Of a stretch of 28,734 bases of DNA, positions 17,605-27,700 are shown one piece after another. Positions within the stretch are counted from its first letter, which is position 1, and each line of letters begins with the position of its first letter. The stretch lies in NCBI GenBank assembly GCA_963977445.1, contig CAXBPH010000065.1, positions 1 through 28,734 of the forward strand, read 5' to 3'. This DNA comes from an uncultured bacterium (GTDB lineage Bacteria; Hydrogenedentota; Hydrogenedentia; Hydrogenedentales; JAEUWI01). Position numbers and translations under genes: made by a program. The notes under the pieces were generated by a model that saw only the letters and a program-made list of their open reading frames with translations, did not search any database and had not been told where the DNA came from.

Positions 17605-19191
17605 CTATTCGCTATCACCCCAAGCCTGACGCTCGAAGGCTGCGGTCTCCCGTTCCCACAATTGCTGGAGCGTATTCAGTTGTTCCGGCTGTGTCTCCGC
17701 CAGATCCTCCGACTCATCGCGGTCAACGGCCAAATCGTAGAGAGACCAACGTAGTTCATCGTCACGTTTGACAGCTTTCCATTGCCCGACTCGGATGGCG
17801 GATCGTCCTTCGTGGTACCACCATAAATACGGGTGCTCTACACTATTATCTTTGGTAAAGGACGGTACAAGACTCTTCCCTGGCGAGTCCGGCTGCTGCG
17901 CCAGTTTCTCGGGCACTGTAGTCGCGGTCAATTCCAACAGGGTAGGCACGATATCCACAAAGTGACCCGTTTGCTGTCGAATCTCGCCTTGGGCCGAAAT
18001 CCCACGGGGCCAGTGGATTATCAGCGGCGATGCAATGCCGCCTTCATTGGTCCACGATTTGTGAAGTCGAAAGGGCGTGTTTGCGGCACTGGAGAAGCCA
18101 GGTCCGAGGCACAGGTAGGAGGCCGCCGAACCGGGTACCGAACTCTTGTCATGTTCGTCGCCCCGGATGATTTGTTCTGCACTGGCCCCATTGTCGGAGA
18201 CAAAGATAATTACTGTGTTTTCATAGGTCTTCATCGCCCTGAGTTGCCCCAAGACTCGGCCAATCTCCTGGTCAACCCGGTCTACCATGGCGGCGTGAAT
18301 CGCCATCTTCGTCGCCTGAAAATGGCGCTGGGTTTCACTCAAGCTATCCCACGGCAGGGCCTCCGAAACTTCACCAGGCCCGATCTGGTCTTCCAAATCC
18401 TTCCAACTCAGGTTGTACGGGGGCTTGATATCGGGGTCCAGCGCGGACAACGGACAGTTTATCAATCCCATGTCGGTGAGCCGCTGCCAGCGGGCCTGAC
18501 GAATAGCATCCCAACCTTCCAAATATTGCTTGCGGTATTTATCGATATCCACCTGCAGCGCTTGAAGCGGAAAATGGGGCGCAGTAAAAGCCAGATAATG
18601 AAAGAAGGGTACCTCAGCGTAGTTTGCAGCGTGCTCCTTCAACACCTTTACCGCATGATCTGCGATGGCGGTCGTGGCGTAGTATCCACTGTCTCCCTCG
18701 GGCTTTGGAAGGGGTGCATCATCCAGAAAATGAGTCTCCGGTGTGAAGAATCGGTCCTGATCGTGGAGTGAATACGACCGATCAAATCCATTCTTCAAGG
18801 GCTCTCCGTCCAAGTGCCATTTGCCCGAATGATACGTGCGGTATCCGGCAGCCTTCAGGTAGACCGGCAACAAGGGGGCCCACTCGGGGCGATTGCCAAG
18901 TTTGGTGTCGGGGAATCTATCCCGTCGGACCTGTTGCGCGTAATATCCGGTGAGCAGGGACGCTCGGGAGGGCCAGCATCGACCGGTGGAGTAGAATTGT
19001 GCGTAGCGGAGCCCCCCTGCGGCCAACCGGTCCAGATTGGGCGTGGCGATTTCACCGCCATAGCAGCCCGCATCCGAAAACCCCATGTCATCGGCCATGA
19101 TGAGTAAAACATTGGGACGGGCTACGGATTGCTCTGGTGCGCCCAACAGGGCGGCACCCAGTCCCAACAACAGCACAATTTCATTAAACAT
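17605..19191 (-). CDS. Arylsulfatase (formylglycine-dependent, Cys-type), exported
   Basis: RPNVLLIMADDMGFSD, CWPSRASLLTG (CxPxR), SGKWHL, AFTAPHFPL, SDNG, HKSWTNEGG. Start placed at ATG 19191. Confidence 0.93.
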   Translation of the reverse strand: MFNEIVLLLGLGAALLGAPEQSVARPNVLLIMADDMGFSDAGCYGGEIATPNLDRLAAGGLRYAQFYSTGRCWPSRASLLTGYYAQQVRRDRFPDTKLGNRPEWAPLLPVYLKAAGYRTYHSGKWHLDGEPLKNGFDRSYSLHDQDRFFTPETHFLDDAPLPKPEGDSGYYATTAIADHAVKVLKEHAANYAEVPFFHYLAFTAPHFPLQALQVDIDKYRKQYLEGWDAIRQARWQRLTDMGLINCPLSALDPDIKPPYNLSWKDLEDQIGPGEVSEALPWDSLSETQRHFQATKMAIHAAMVDRVDQEIGRVLGQLRAMKTYENTVIIFVSDNGASAEQIIRGDEHDKSSVPGSAASYLCLGPGFSSAANTPFRLHKSWTNEGGIASPLIIHWPRGISAQGEIRQQTGHFVDIVPTLLELTATTVPEKLAQQPDSPGKSLVPSFTKDNSVEHPYLWWYHEGRSAIRVGQWKAVKRDDELRWSLYDLAVDRDESEDLAETQPEQLNTLQQLWERETAAFERQAWGDSE

Positions 19192-19271
19192 AATGGAACT
19201 CTCCCGATAAAGATTAACTCGCAGGGGCATCGCGCCCCTTTCACGATGTTAATGCATTGCCGGAAGATCAT

Positions 19272-19304
19272 ACCATCCAGGGCCCACCGGGAGCCCTGGA
19301 TGGT
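19272..19304 (-). terminator. GC-rich hairpin between the PqaA and sulfatase genes
   Basis: ACCATCCAGGGC (19272-19283) / GCCCTGGATGGT (19293-19304), 11 nt after the PqaA stop. No U-tract, so a terminator or an mRNA-stabilising stem. Confidence 0.55.
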
Positions 19305-19315
19305 GCTGTCAGGTG

Positions 19316-20725
19316 CTACTTGGCTGGATAGGTGTCGGGCAGAATATTCACTTGTGTCGTGAATACAAAAGGGAGCATGAAGTCTGGGTTATTAAAGGTG
19401 ACTTCAATCATGAATGCCGTATAGCCCGATTCAGGAAGATCAGGGAGGGCGCGATAGGTGCCGTCTACCCCGGTCAGGGCGGTACTGGTCCAGGCTTTAC
19501 CAATTTCCTCCAGTCGGAAATCGCGGGCTTTGGGATTGTGGGCCTGCCACAGCAAAACCTTCTCTGGCGTCGAAATACAATGAACCTCCAGGGAGCCATC
19601 CGCATTGCCACGCCAGGTGAATTCAGGGCGGGGTGTATTGTTGAGCAACGCATTATAGAAGGACGCCGCATTCATATAGGCTTCGAGACTCAGACCGTGA
19701 TCGGTGTTGGGCATATAACGCAAATATTTTTCACCGAGGAGGTCATCAAAGTAGTAGTGAGATGAATTGGGTGGAAAAAACTGGTCCCCTGTCGAATTCA
19801 AGATATATTTAGGCATCGTGAGGCGATCACGATAGCTATAGGGATCAACAATCGCCAACAGTTCCCCCATCCGTTCACTGTGATAGCGGCCCGTAATGTT
19901 CATTTCTTCATATTCACTAACCGCAGGGGCCCAGAATCCATAGGCGTTGATGTGGTTATCCAATGAGGGCACAAAGTTCAACACGTCGATCACGGCAGGC
20001 GCAATGCCCAGGACACGCTTATCTACCGCAGCCGTTGTCCACGTCGTCCAGCCCCGTTTCGACGCACCGAGTACGAAGAATTTCTCCACATCGGACAGTT
20101 CTTTTTGAGTGAGATCCATCGCCCGAACCACCGCTTTGGTCATCGGAAGTCGTGCCAGCCATTCCGCTCGTCCACCCTCGAGGAACTTGTCCCAGCCGTA
20201 GACAATGAGCGCATCTTCTTTACGCCCCTTCTCGATGTAGGGCTCCATCTTTTCTTCCGTAAAATGAAGGGTCTCGTTGGGAATCTGCTTGACTTCCACC
20301 ACCACAGAATGGGTCTGCACCGCGATCTGAGCAAGGACACCATTGGGGGAAGGTACCTCGCCCCCATTGCTGCCTCCACTGATAACCATCATCGCTGGCG
20401 TATGTTTACGCTCCGTTGGGATGACGACGGTCACCCAGTGCTCCCATAGAGTCCGGTCTACTTCCGTATCCTTCAACCAGTTTTGAGAAACCATGTGATA
20501 CACCCGCGCTTCGTACTCGGGCTTGGTGACCGTTGCATCAGGTCGTAGTTCATAGCTGAACACCGGGTCGGGGGTGTTTACATAGTCATCAAGTGGTGTG
20601 GCTGGTGCCGGCATGGTCACCAGCATGGTCACCAGCATGGTCACCAGCATGAGGAGTATGGAACATGCCCTGATCAAGTGTGCGGGCCGGAACAGATTAG
20701 AATTAATCTCAGGTAAGGTCGCCAT
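19316..20725 (-). CDS. PhoPQ-activated pathogenicity-related protein PqaA family (alpha/beta hydrolase-like), exported
   Basis: TPLDDYV, MVSQNW, LWEHW, KEDALI, RLPMTKAVVRAMD, GASKRGWTTW, VDPYSYRDRLTMPKYI, GDQFF, PNTDH. ATG 20725 has AGGA upstream. Confidence 0.9.
   Translation of the reverse strand: MATLPEINSNLFRPAHLIRACSILLMLVTMLVTMLVTMPAPATPLDDYVNTPDPVFSYELRPDATVTKPEYEARVYHMVSQNWLKDTEVDRTLWEHWVTVVIPTERKHTPAMMVISGGSNGGEVPSPNGVLAQIAVQTHSVVVEVKQIPNETLHFTEEKMEPYIEKGRKEDALIVYGWDKFLEGGRAEWLARLPMTKAVVRAMDLTQKELSDVEKFFVLGASKRGWTTWTTAAVDKRVLGIAPAVIDVLNFVPSLDNHINAYGFWAPAVSEYEEMNITGRYHSERMGELLAIVDPYSYRDRLTMPKYILNSTGDQFFPPNSSHYYFDDLLGEKYLRYMPNTDHGLSLEAYMNAASFYNALLNNTPRPEFTWRGNADGSLEVHCISTPEKVLLWQAHNPKARDFRLEEIGKAWTSTALTGVDGTYRALPDLPESGYTAFMIEVTFNNPDFMLPFVFTTQVNILPDTYPAK
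20611..20651. repeat. 12-bp tandem repeat (about 3.4 copies) in the PqaA signal-peptide coding region
   Basis: GCATGGTCACCA x3 + GCATG, encoding MLVT-MLVT-MLVT-M on the minus strand. Confidence 0.95.
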
Positions 20726-20972
20726 CGTTTTGTCCTGTTTTTTGTTGGATACGGAGTTACATGGTGTGAGGGAGTCGTCCCAGACCGGGATTGATATTGA
20801 CCTCCACCGCAAAAGAGCCATCGATGGCGCTATTCTGCACTATAGTACAAGGCACTTCCAAGTGAAATATATTGCCCGGCCATACTCCCGCAATCGCATG
20901 TTTATTTAGGGCCCCCTTCCAGGAATTTTGGCCAACGATGCGCGGGACACCATGAACCGATATGGACCTCTA

Positions 20973-20981
20973 TGGTATAAT
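20973..20981 (+). promoter_or_regulatory. Extended -10 promoter element upstream of mnmG
   Basis: TGGTATAAT (TGn-TATAAT) about 140 nt upstream of the mnmG ATG. Confidence 0.55.
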
Positions 20982-21118
20982 TCTCAGGGGTTAGATGTGT
21001 ATTCAGGCGAAGTGCTTTCTCTCCAACGGTCCGGAGCATGTGGTCCCTCCCCACATATGAATTTTTGGCCCGTCCCCTCAGAAATATTCCAGACACCGTC
21101 TATCAGGTAACTACTACT

Positions 21119-22996
21119 ATGCAACGAGATTACGAAGTTATTGTCATTGGTGCCGGTCATGCAGGCATTGAAGCGGCGCTGGGTTGTGCCCGGTTGGGCC
21201 ACAATACGCTCCTCGCGACGATGAAACTCGACGATATCGGCAAGATGCCGTGCAATCCCGCTATCGGCGGTATTGCTAAAGGACAGCTGGTACGCGAGAT
21301 TGATGCATTGGGTGGTGAGATGGGGCGTTGCATCGACCGAACGGGCATCCAGTTCAAAATGCTCAATCGCTCGAAGGGGCCCGCGGTCCACTCGCCGCGT
21401 GCGCAGGCCGATCGCTTCATGTATCAGTTCGACATGAAATACGTTTGTGAGAGTCAGGCGAATCTCAGTCTCAAGCAGGTGGAAGTGGACGATATCCTGG
21501 TCCATGATGGAGTGGCTTGGGGTATTCGCACCGGCGTAGGGGAAGATATTACCGCTCAGGCCGTAATTGTTTGTACCGGTACCTTTCTCGGTGGACGACT
21601 CCATTTTGGCATGACCACCATCGAAGGGGGGCGCGGCGGCGATAAACCTGCCAACAACCTCAGCCTGACCTACGCCAAGATGGGCATCGAGACGGGCCGC
21701 ATGAAGACGGGTACCGTTCCCCGTATCCACAAGCGGAGCATGGATACGAGCCGGATGGAAGAACAGACCGGGGATGAAGATCCACGCCCCTTCTCTTTCT
21801 CGACGCCCATAGAAGGCTTCAACCCAAATAAGATTTCCTGCTGGTTGTGCTACACCGGGAAGGCGACCCACGACGTTATTCGCGCCAATCTCGATAAATC
21901 TCCCCTCTATTCCGGAAAAATAGAGGGTATCGGACCCCGGTATTGTCCCAGTATCGAAGACAAGGTAATGCGGTTTCCCGAGAAGAACGAACACCGAATT
22001 TTCCTGGAGCCGGAAGGCCTTATGACCAACGAGGTCTATGTAAACGGCCTCAGCACGAGTCTGCCCGAAGACGTGCAATTGCAGTTTCTTCGCAGCGTGC
22101 CGGGGCTGGAGGAGGCGGAGATTATTCGTCCAGGCTATGCGGTGGAATACGACTTCGTCCCTCCCACCCAACTCAAGCCTACCTTGGAGACCAAGAAAAT
22201 TTCCGGGCTCTATCATGCCGGCCAGATCAACGGTACTTCAGGCTATGAAGAGGCCGCTGCCCAGGGGCTCTATGCCGCCATGAATGTATCGCGCGCATTG
22301 CGTAATGAAGAGCCTCTCTTTATCGGGCGTGACGAAGGCTATATCGGCGTACTCATCGACGACATTGTTACCCGAGGTCTCATCGAGCCCTATCGCCTCT
22401 TTACCTCCCGGGCAGAATATCGCCTCCACCTGCGTCAGGACAATGCCGATCAGCGACTGGCTCAATATGGCTTTGGAAATGACGAGGTATTGAATAAAAT
22501 GCGCGCCCGCGAAGAGCGCATTGCGATTGAAATGAAGCGCCTGGATAAGGTGCAGGTGGAGCCCTCGGGAACGACCAACAAGGTCCTCGAAGAAAACGGC
22601 GGTGCCCCCATTGAGCGCTCCACGCCTGCCAGTCAGTTGCTCCGGCGCCCGGGTATGCCACTAGCAGCCCTCTATGCCCTTTGTCCGCCGGAGACCACCC
22701 TGGATTTCGAGACCTGCGAGCAGGTCGAGATCCGTACCAAGTACCAAGGCTACATTGACCGGTCGTTACGGGATATTGACCGCTTCAAGAAGGCCGAACA
22801 TTGCAAGATACCAGAAACATTGGACTATGACGCCATACCGGGCATTCCCCGGGAGTGTAAAGACCGGCTCAATGAGATTCGCCCTGTAAACTTCGGTCAG
22901 GCCGCACGTATCTCAGGAGTTCGCGCCGCAGACATCGCGGTGCTGCACATCTATGTAGAAAAACATAAGCGGACGCAAGGCAAGGATGTCGTCTGA
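21119..22996 (+). CDS. mnmG: tRNA uridine-5-carboxymethylaminomethyl(34) synthesis enzyme MnmG (GidA)
   Basis: [94 protein letters not shown] 21119. Confidence 0.98.
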   Translation: MQRDYEVIVIGAGHAGIEAALGCARLGHNTLLATMKLDDIGKMPCNPAIGGIAKGQLVREIDALGGEMGRCIDRTGIQFKMLNRSKGPAVHSPRAQADRFMYQFDMKYVCESQANLSLKQVEVDDILVHDGVAWGIRTGVGEDITAQAVIVCTGTFLGGRLHFGMTTIEGGRGGDKPANNLSLTYAKMGIETGRMKTGTVPRIHKRSMDTSRMEEQTGDEDPRPFSFSTPIEGFNPNKISCWLCYTGKATHDVIRANLDKSPLYSGKIEGIGPRYCPSIEDKVMRFPEKNEHRIFLEPEGLMTNEVYVNGLSTSLPEDVQLQFLRSVPGLEEAEIIRPGYAVEYDFVPPTQLKPTLETKKISGLYHAGQINGTSGYEEAAAQGLYAAMNVSRALRNEEPLFIGRDEGYIGVLIDDIVTRGLIEPYRLFTSRAEYRLHLRQDNADQRLAQYGFGNDEVLNKMRAREERIAIEMKRLDKVQVEPSGTTNKVLEENGGAPIERSTPASQLLRRPGMPLAALYALCPPETTLDFETCEQVEIRTKYQGYIDRSLRDIDRFKKAEHCKIPETLDYDAIPGIPRECKDRLNEIRPVNFGQAARISGVRAADIAVLHIYVEKHKRTQGKDVV

Positions 22997-23097
22997 CGGT
23001 ATTCGTTTGCGACAGGGGCGTTCAAAACGGATGTTGAAATCCGAAGCGAATATCCGTAGGCTGAAAGCCAATGACGAACCCTGATTAGGAACTCCCC

Positions 23098-24375
23098 ATG
23101 GCACATCTTGTTATAGTCGAGGATAGCCCCGTCCTGGGTATGATCGTTACAAAACGTCTGAAAGATGCTACCGATCTTGAGCTGACCTGGGTGAAATCCT
23201 ATACCGCCCTACGCGACTTTCTCGACACGACGGAAGCTACCATCGATTACGCGCTCGTGGATCTGAATTTACCCGATGTCGATGGTATGGAGATGATCGA
23301 CTATGTTATTGAGAAAGGCATAGGAACGGTCGTCTTTACGGGCGATTGCACCGATGATACCCGCGACGTCATCTGGTCGCGTAAAGTCGTGGACTATGTG
23401 CTGAAAGAGGGTGGGTACAATGTCGATTACCTCGTCTATCTCTTTCATCGTCTCGAGGCCAATCGGAGCGTTCGAATAATTCTGGTAGACGACTCCTCCC
23501 TGTACCGACAAAAATTGGCGGGTACATTACGTACCCAGAATTTCATCGTCGAAACATGCGCTTCCGGACAAGAAGCGCTCGAGACCCTCGAAAAATTTCC
23601 GGACACCAAACTCGTGCTAACGGATTACACCATGGCTGGGATGGATGGCTTTGAGCTGGTCAACCGGATTCGAAAAGATCACCCCAAGGATACCCTCGCT
23701 GTCGTGGGCATGTCTTATCGCGGAGACAACCGACTATCGGCCAGATTTCTGAAATGCGGGGCGAGTGATTTTCTCGACAAATCATTCACAACGGAGCAAT
23801 TCTACTGCCGGATCAATCAGAATATAGATACCATTGAATTAGTGCAGAATTTGAGAGAAGCGTCGGTAAAGGACTACCTCACTGGTTTATATAATCGGCG
23901 TTATTTATACGAATGTGGAGAAACACTCGTTCGTGGGGCCTACCGAAGGGCGGCCAGGGTCATGTTGGCCATGATCGATATTGACCGATTTAAGCATATC
24001 AATGATACCTTCGGACATGCGTCTGGTGATGAGGTCATTTCCTTTGTCGCGAAGCAGCTGAACGAACGCTTTCGAGGATCCGACATTGTGGCTCGATTCG
24101 GCGGCGAAGAGTTTTGCATCCTTGCATGTGATGTCGATCCGGAATCCATTGTTCTGGCACTCGAGGAAATTCGCATGAAAATCGCGTCGACCCCGGTGAC
24201 CGTGGAGATGCAGAACATCAGTGTAACGGTCAGCATAGGGCTCAAGATATCGACAGAAGTCTCCTTGCAGGAAATGATCGAAGAAGCGGATAATCGCCTC
24301 TATCAGGCAAAAGATCGTGGGCGCAATCAAATCGTTTCGGAAGCATTTTCGAAGGTTTCGCCAGGAGATGCATAG
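23098..24375 (+). CDS. Response-regulator diguanylate cyclase (REC-REC-GGDEF)
   Basis: REC1 VIVED...LVDLNLPD; REC2 ILVDD...LTDYTMAGMDG; DYLTGLYNRR, DIDRFKHINDTFGH, RGSD-IVARF-GGEEF. Confidence 0.93.
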   Translation: MAHLVIVEDSPVLGMIVTKRLKDATDLELTWVKSYTALRDFLDTTEATIDYALVDLNLPDVDGMEMIDYVIEKGIGTVVFTGDCTDDTRDVIWSRKVVDYVLKEGGYNVDYLVYLFHRLEANRSVRIILVDDSSLYRQKLAGTLRTQNFIVETCASGQEALETLEKFPDTKLVLTDYTMAGMDGFELVNRIRKDHPKDTLAVVGMSYRGDNRLSARFLKCGASDFLDKSFTTEQFYCRINQNIDTIELVQNLREASVKDYLTGLYNRRYLYECGETLVRGAYRRAARVMLAMIDIDRFKHINDTFGHASGDEVISFVAKQLNERFRGSDIVARFGGEEFCILACDVDPESIVLALEEIRMKIASTPVTVEMQNISVTVSIGLKISTEVSLQEMIEEADNRLYQAKDRGRNQIVSEAFSKVSPGDA

Positions 24376-24515
24376 GATATAGAAGTATTCTAACTTCTAC
24401 GCAATACCACAATCCGCCAAGAACAGATGCGCGACAACCAAAAGTGTCGCGAACCGCATTTTACAAGGTGCGATTTATCAGGTACACTTCTGGTGAAAGA
24501 GCGGAGGAATGTACT

Positions 24516-24710
24516 ATGAATTTTCTGGATACAGCACGAATAGTCGGCGAAGGGCAGTTTAAATCGTCTTCCGCCGTTCAAGTCTTTTGGCTCACCCGTT
24601 TCAGGGGGTGCAAGATTGCAAACACCCTTCACACGCCCAAACGCAATTTTATGGGCAAAGTATCTACCAGCAAGATTTGGATTCTCCAGCGGCCTGAAAA
24701 CAATCAATAA
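24516..24710 (+). CDS. Possible small protein (64 aa), no recognised family
   Basis: GGAGG at 24503-24507, 8 nt before ATG 24516. The ORF fills the gap up to 13 nt from the convergent gene. No motif recognised. Confidence 0.3.
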   Translation: MNFLDTARIVGEGQFKSSSAVQVFWLTRFRGCKIANTLHTPKRNFMGKVSTSKIWILQRPENNQ

Positions 24711-24723
24711 CCGGGGCACATCT

Positions 24724-27700
24724 TCAGGGGGCGGTCAATCTCTCCAATAAGCGGGCAATTTCTTCACGAACTTCCGTAATGGCCTGGAATCGTTTGTCTG
24801 CGAGCAAGCGCAGCGCAGGCATGCCGCCTTTACCGGGCACGGTTCCTTCGGCGTCAATACCGCAGAAGGCCCCGACGGCGCTACTCTTCTCCCCCAGGAT
24901 GGCTTCCGCCTGCGCGATGGTCTCATCGTCCCGTTTGGCCTTTTTCGCGGCTTCAACGGCGCTGCGCAAGGCGTAAAGCATGGCATAGTCTTCCACCCCG
25001 TCACGGACCGCTTCCCAACGCTTACTGGCGACCACCCCGTCCCCTTGATAGGTCATGAGATAGTCGAGGGTATCCTGGGGCCGGTACCACGGGTCGGCAC
25101 CCGAGGTGCAATAGGACCAGAATCCAATTCCCGTAAGGTTGTGGTGCCAGGCCAACCAGGCTTGTCCACGGTAATAGCCCAGTGGGGATTGGTGTTTGGC
25201 GTTGCCGAGGCATTCATAGTTCCACATGGTGGCACCGGAATCCTGCATGATCTTCAGTTTTTCGGCCCCCACGTCCAGGAGGAACCCGACGCGATTGGGG
25301 CACCAGATGTCGACATAGGGCGTCATTTCCCGTAACTCTTCTTCTGTAATACGGGCCACGGGGTCGGTGTACATCTGCACCTTGGGATCGGCGGCACGGG
25401 TCAGCCGGGCATTGTGGAGATAGGCATCGACGAGTCCGTCATTCAGACCGGGTTCATCGATGGGATACATGGCAAAGCCGTCGTAGCCCACACCGAGCTC
25501 AGCGAGGTGCTTAACCCAGGTACGCATATAGTGACTATAGGCTTTCTCATAGGCCGCGCTGTCTGCAGGGGCCTCGGTGGTTATGGGATGGTTGTTGTGA
25601 AAGAGTATCAGGCCATGTGCCGCATACTTACCCATAAAGGTGTCGTGGGCCGTATAGTCTATTTCTCCAACCAGAATTCCATCGTTGTCGTAGGTAGCCT
25701 TCGGTAAGTAGGTACTCACAAAAACATTGTTTCCATGGGCGACCCGATCGGCGATGCTCTCCGCTTCGTGATTCTTGAGTCTGGAACCGGCGACGTAGCC
25801 CCAATTACAATGGCGCAAGACGTTGGTATCGGCCTGTGCCGTCTCAAATATCTCCAGACGAATCGGAATTTCGTAGTCGACGGACTCGACCTCCAGACTC
25901 CGGAAGTGTACCTTGGATTTCCAGATGCCCGGGTTCAAGGTAGTGGTATCGATGGTCAGCCAGAGTTGGCGTCCCTCCCACCCGGGGAGAATTAAGGCCT
26001 GTCCCTGATTCATTGTGGGCAGCGCATCAGCGGACTTGTCCAGCGTCTGGGTGGGCACATCGATGACTTCGTGAAGGGTAACAAAGCCCAATGCCCGTTG
26101 GGCGGTCTTTTCTTCCTCACCGGACAGGACGAAATCGTCCAGTTCAACCCGGGTGGTCAGGGATGCTTCGGCCCAGTTTACAATGGAAATGGCGGCCGAC
26201 TCGCTCTCCCCCTGAAAGGCCGCTACCTCTACTCGTTTCCCATCCATCCGGCCCTCAATGACCTCATCAAGGCCGCCAAAGGGGGCCCAGGGATTAGCGG
26301 CGGCGAGCTGAAGGGGCCAATCGCCCGCTTTCTGATGGCTAAGGGCCGCGTTCGTCAAGACTTCGAGGGATTCGAGGCGATTCAGGTCGTTTCGGAGCGC
26401 ATCGCGCAATTCACGTCGTGCCACGTCCGTGAGGGTGCCAAAGATAGCCGCTTGCGCGCTGTAACCGCCTACGCCGGCGTCCAGTGCCGCAATCTCACCC
26501 AAGAGGGCATAGGCCTTCGGGAGGGCGTTGGCATTTTCTCTAACCACGGCAAGACGTCGGGTCAAATCAGCCAACTCTTGTCGAAAGGGAACGATGTAGG
26601 ATGTAGCGACCCGCTGGGCCAACACCTTCTCGTCCGCAAGGACCCGGCTGGTGATGGTAACCTGGGAAGGTGCGGCCATATCGATGGCGTAGTCCGCCGT
26701 TGCCGTGATGAGCGTCTCCGCACTTCCTTCGGTGAATACCACGTCCTTTTTATCACTACGGGCGATACGGGTCTCAATTTGGAGCTCTTCTCCCTCGGGA
26801 TTCTCCACGGTGACCTGGACCCTATTGGTGCCGGCGTAGAATCTACCCCCATCAAAGGACACAATTCGAACAGGTGATTGGTCCGTGGCCGGAACAAAGG
26901 CCCCCGTACGATGCTCGTTGAAGCGATAGGCAGGCCATTGCACTTTTGCATCTGCTTTGGCCTCTGGCCAGTGATAGGCGAGGATATCCCCCGTACCGGT
27001 AACATAGAGTATCGATGGCGTTCCTTTACCATCCAGATCAATCACCGTCGGTGCGGCGTTGGTGGTATTCGGCACGGCGATGCTTTCTTTCAGTTCGCCG
27101 TCTCCTGAAAATATATACATCTCGCCGCTGTACCCGGCGACCACCACCTCAAGTTTATCGTCTCCATCGATATCCGCAATGGCCGGTGTGCGACGAACCC
27201 GCTCGCGTACATCGGCCCCCCACTGCTTTTTACCATTCGGGTCTAAGACCACAAAGGTGCCCGCGAGGTCAACGGAGTAAATATCGACGACACCATCTTC
27301 ATCCCCATCACCCACCGCAATACTACTGTCGATGCTCTTCGGCATGTCGTGCTTCCAGAGCACCTTTCCAGCACTGTCCACGCGGATAAGGGCATTGTCT
27401 GAACTGCCGACAATCTCGTTATAACCGTCTCCATCGATATCGGCAATAACCGGACTGGCTCCCTGGGCCTTTCCTTCCAAGCGCCAACGTTCTTTTCCCT
27501 GGGCATCGAGGCACAACAAGGGCACGTTGGCCCCTCCAATTAGTATTACAGGCTCCTTGCCCTTGCCCACGGTGCCAATGGCCGGACACCGCGCGAAACC
27601 GTGGTCACCCGTATATTGCCACACCTTTTCTCCGTCGTTGGATAAACAGATCACGTTGCTCTGATTGTCCGTGGCGATGATTTCCAGGTCGCCGTCGCCA

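Noticed and set aside
17833..18771. 312-aa antisense ORF, and similar ones at 2077-2709, 8655-9299 and 26071-26877
   Set aside because: Fully antisense to well-supported genes, with no recognisable protein features.
20822..21118. Possible oriC next to mnmG
   Set aside because: No TTATCCACA-type DnaA boxes or AT-rich unwinding repeats seen.
20984..22216. 410-aa antisense ORF
   Set aside because: Lies opposite highly conserved mnmG and has no motifs; a typical shadow ORF.
24448..24480. SAM-I riboswitch-like AACC...AAGGTGC
   Set aside because: Upstream ATC-AGAG / GAGGGA-GGCCC core is absent and no methionine or SAM gene follows.
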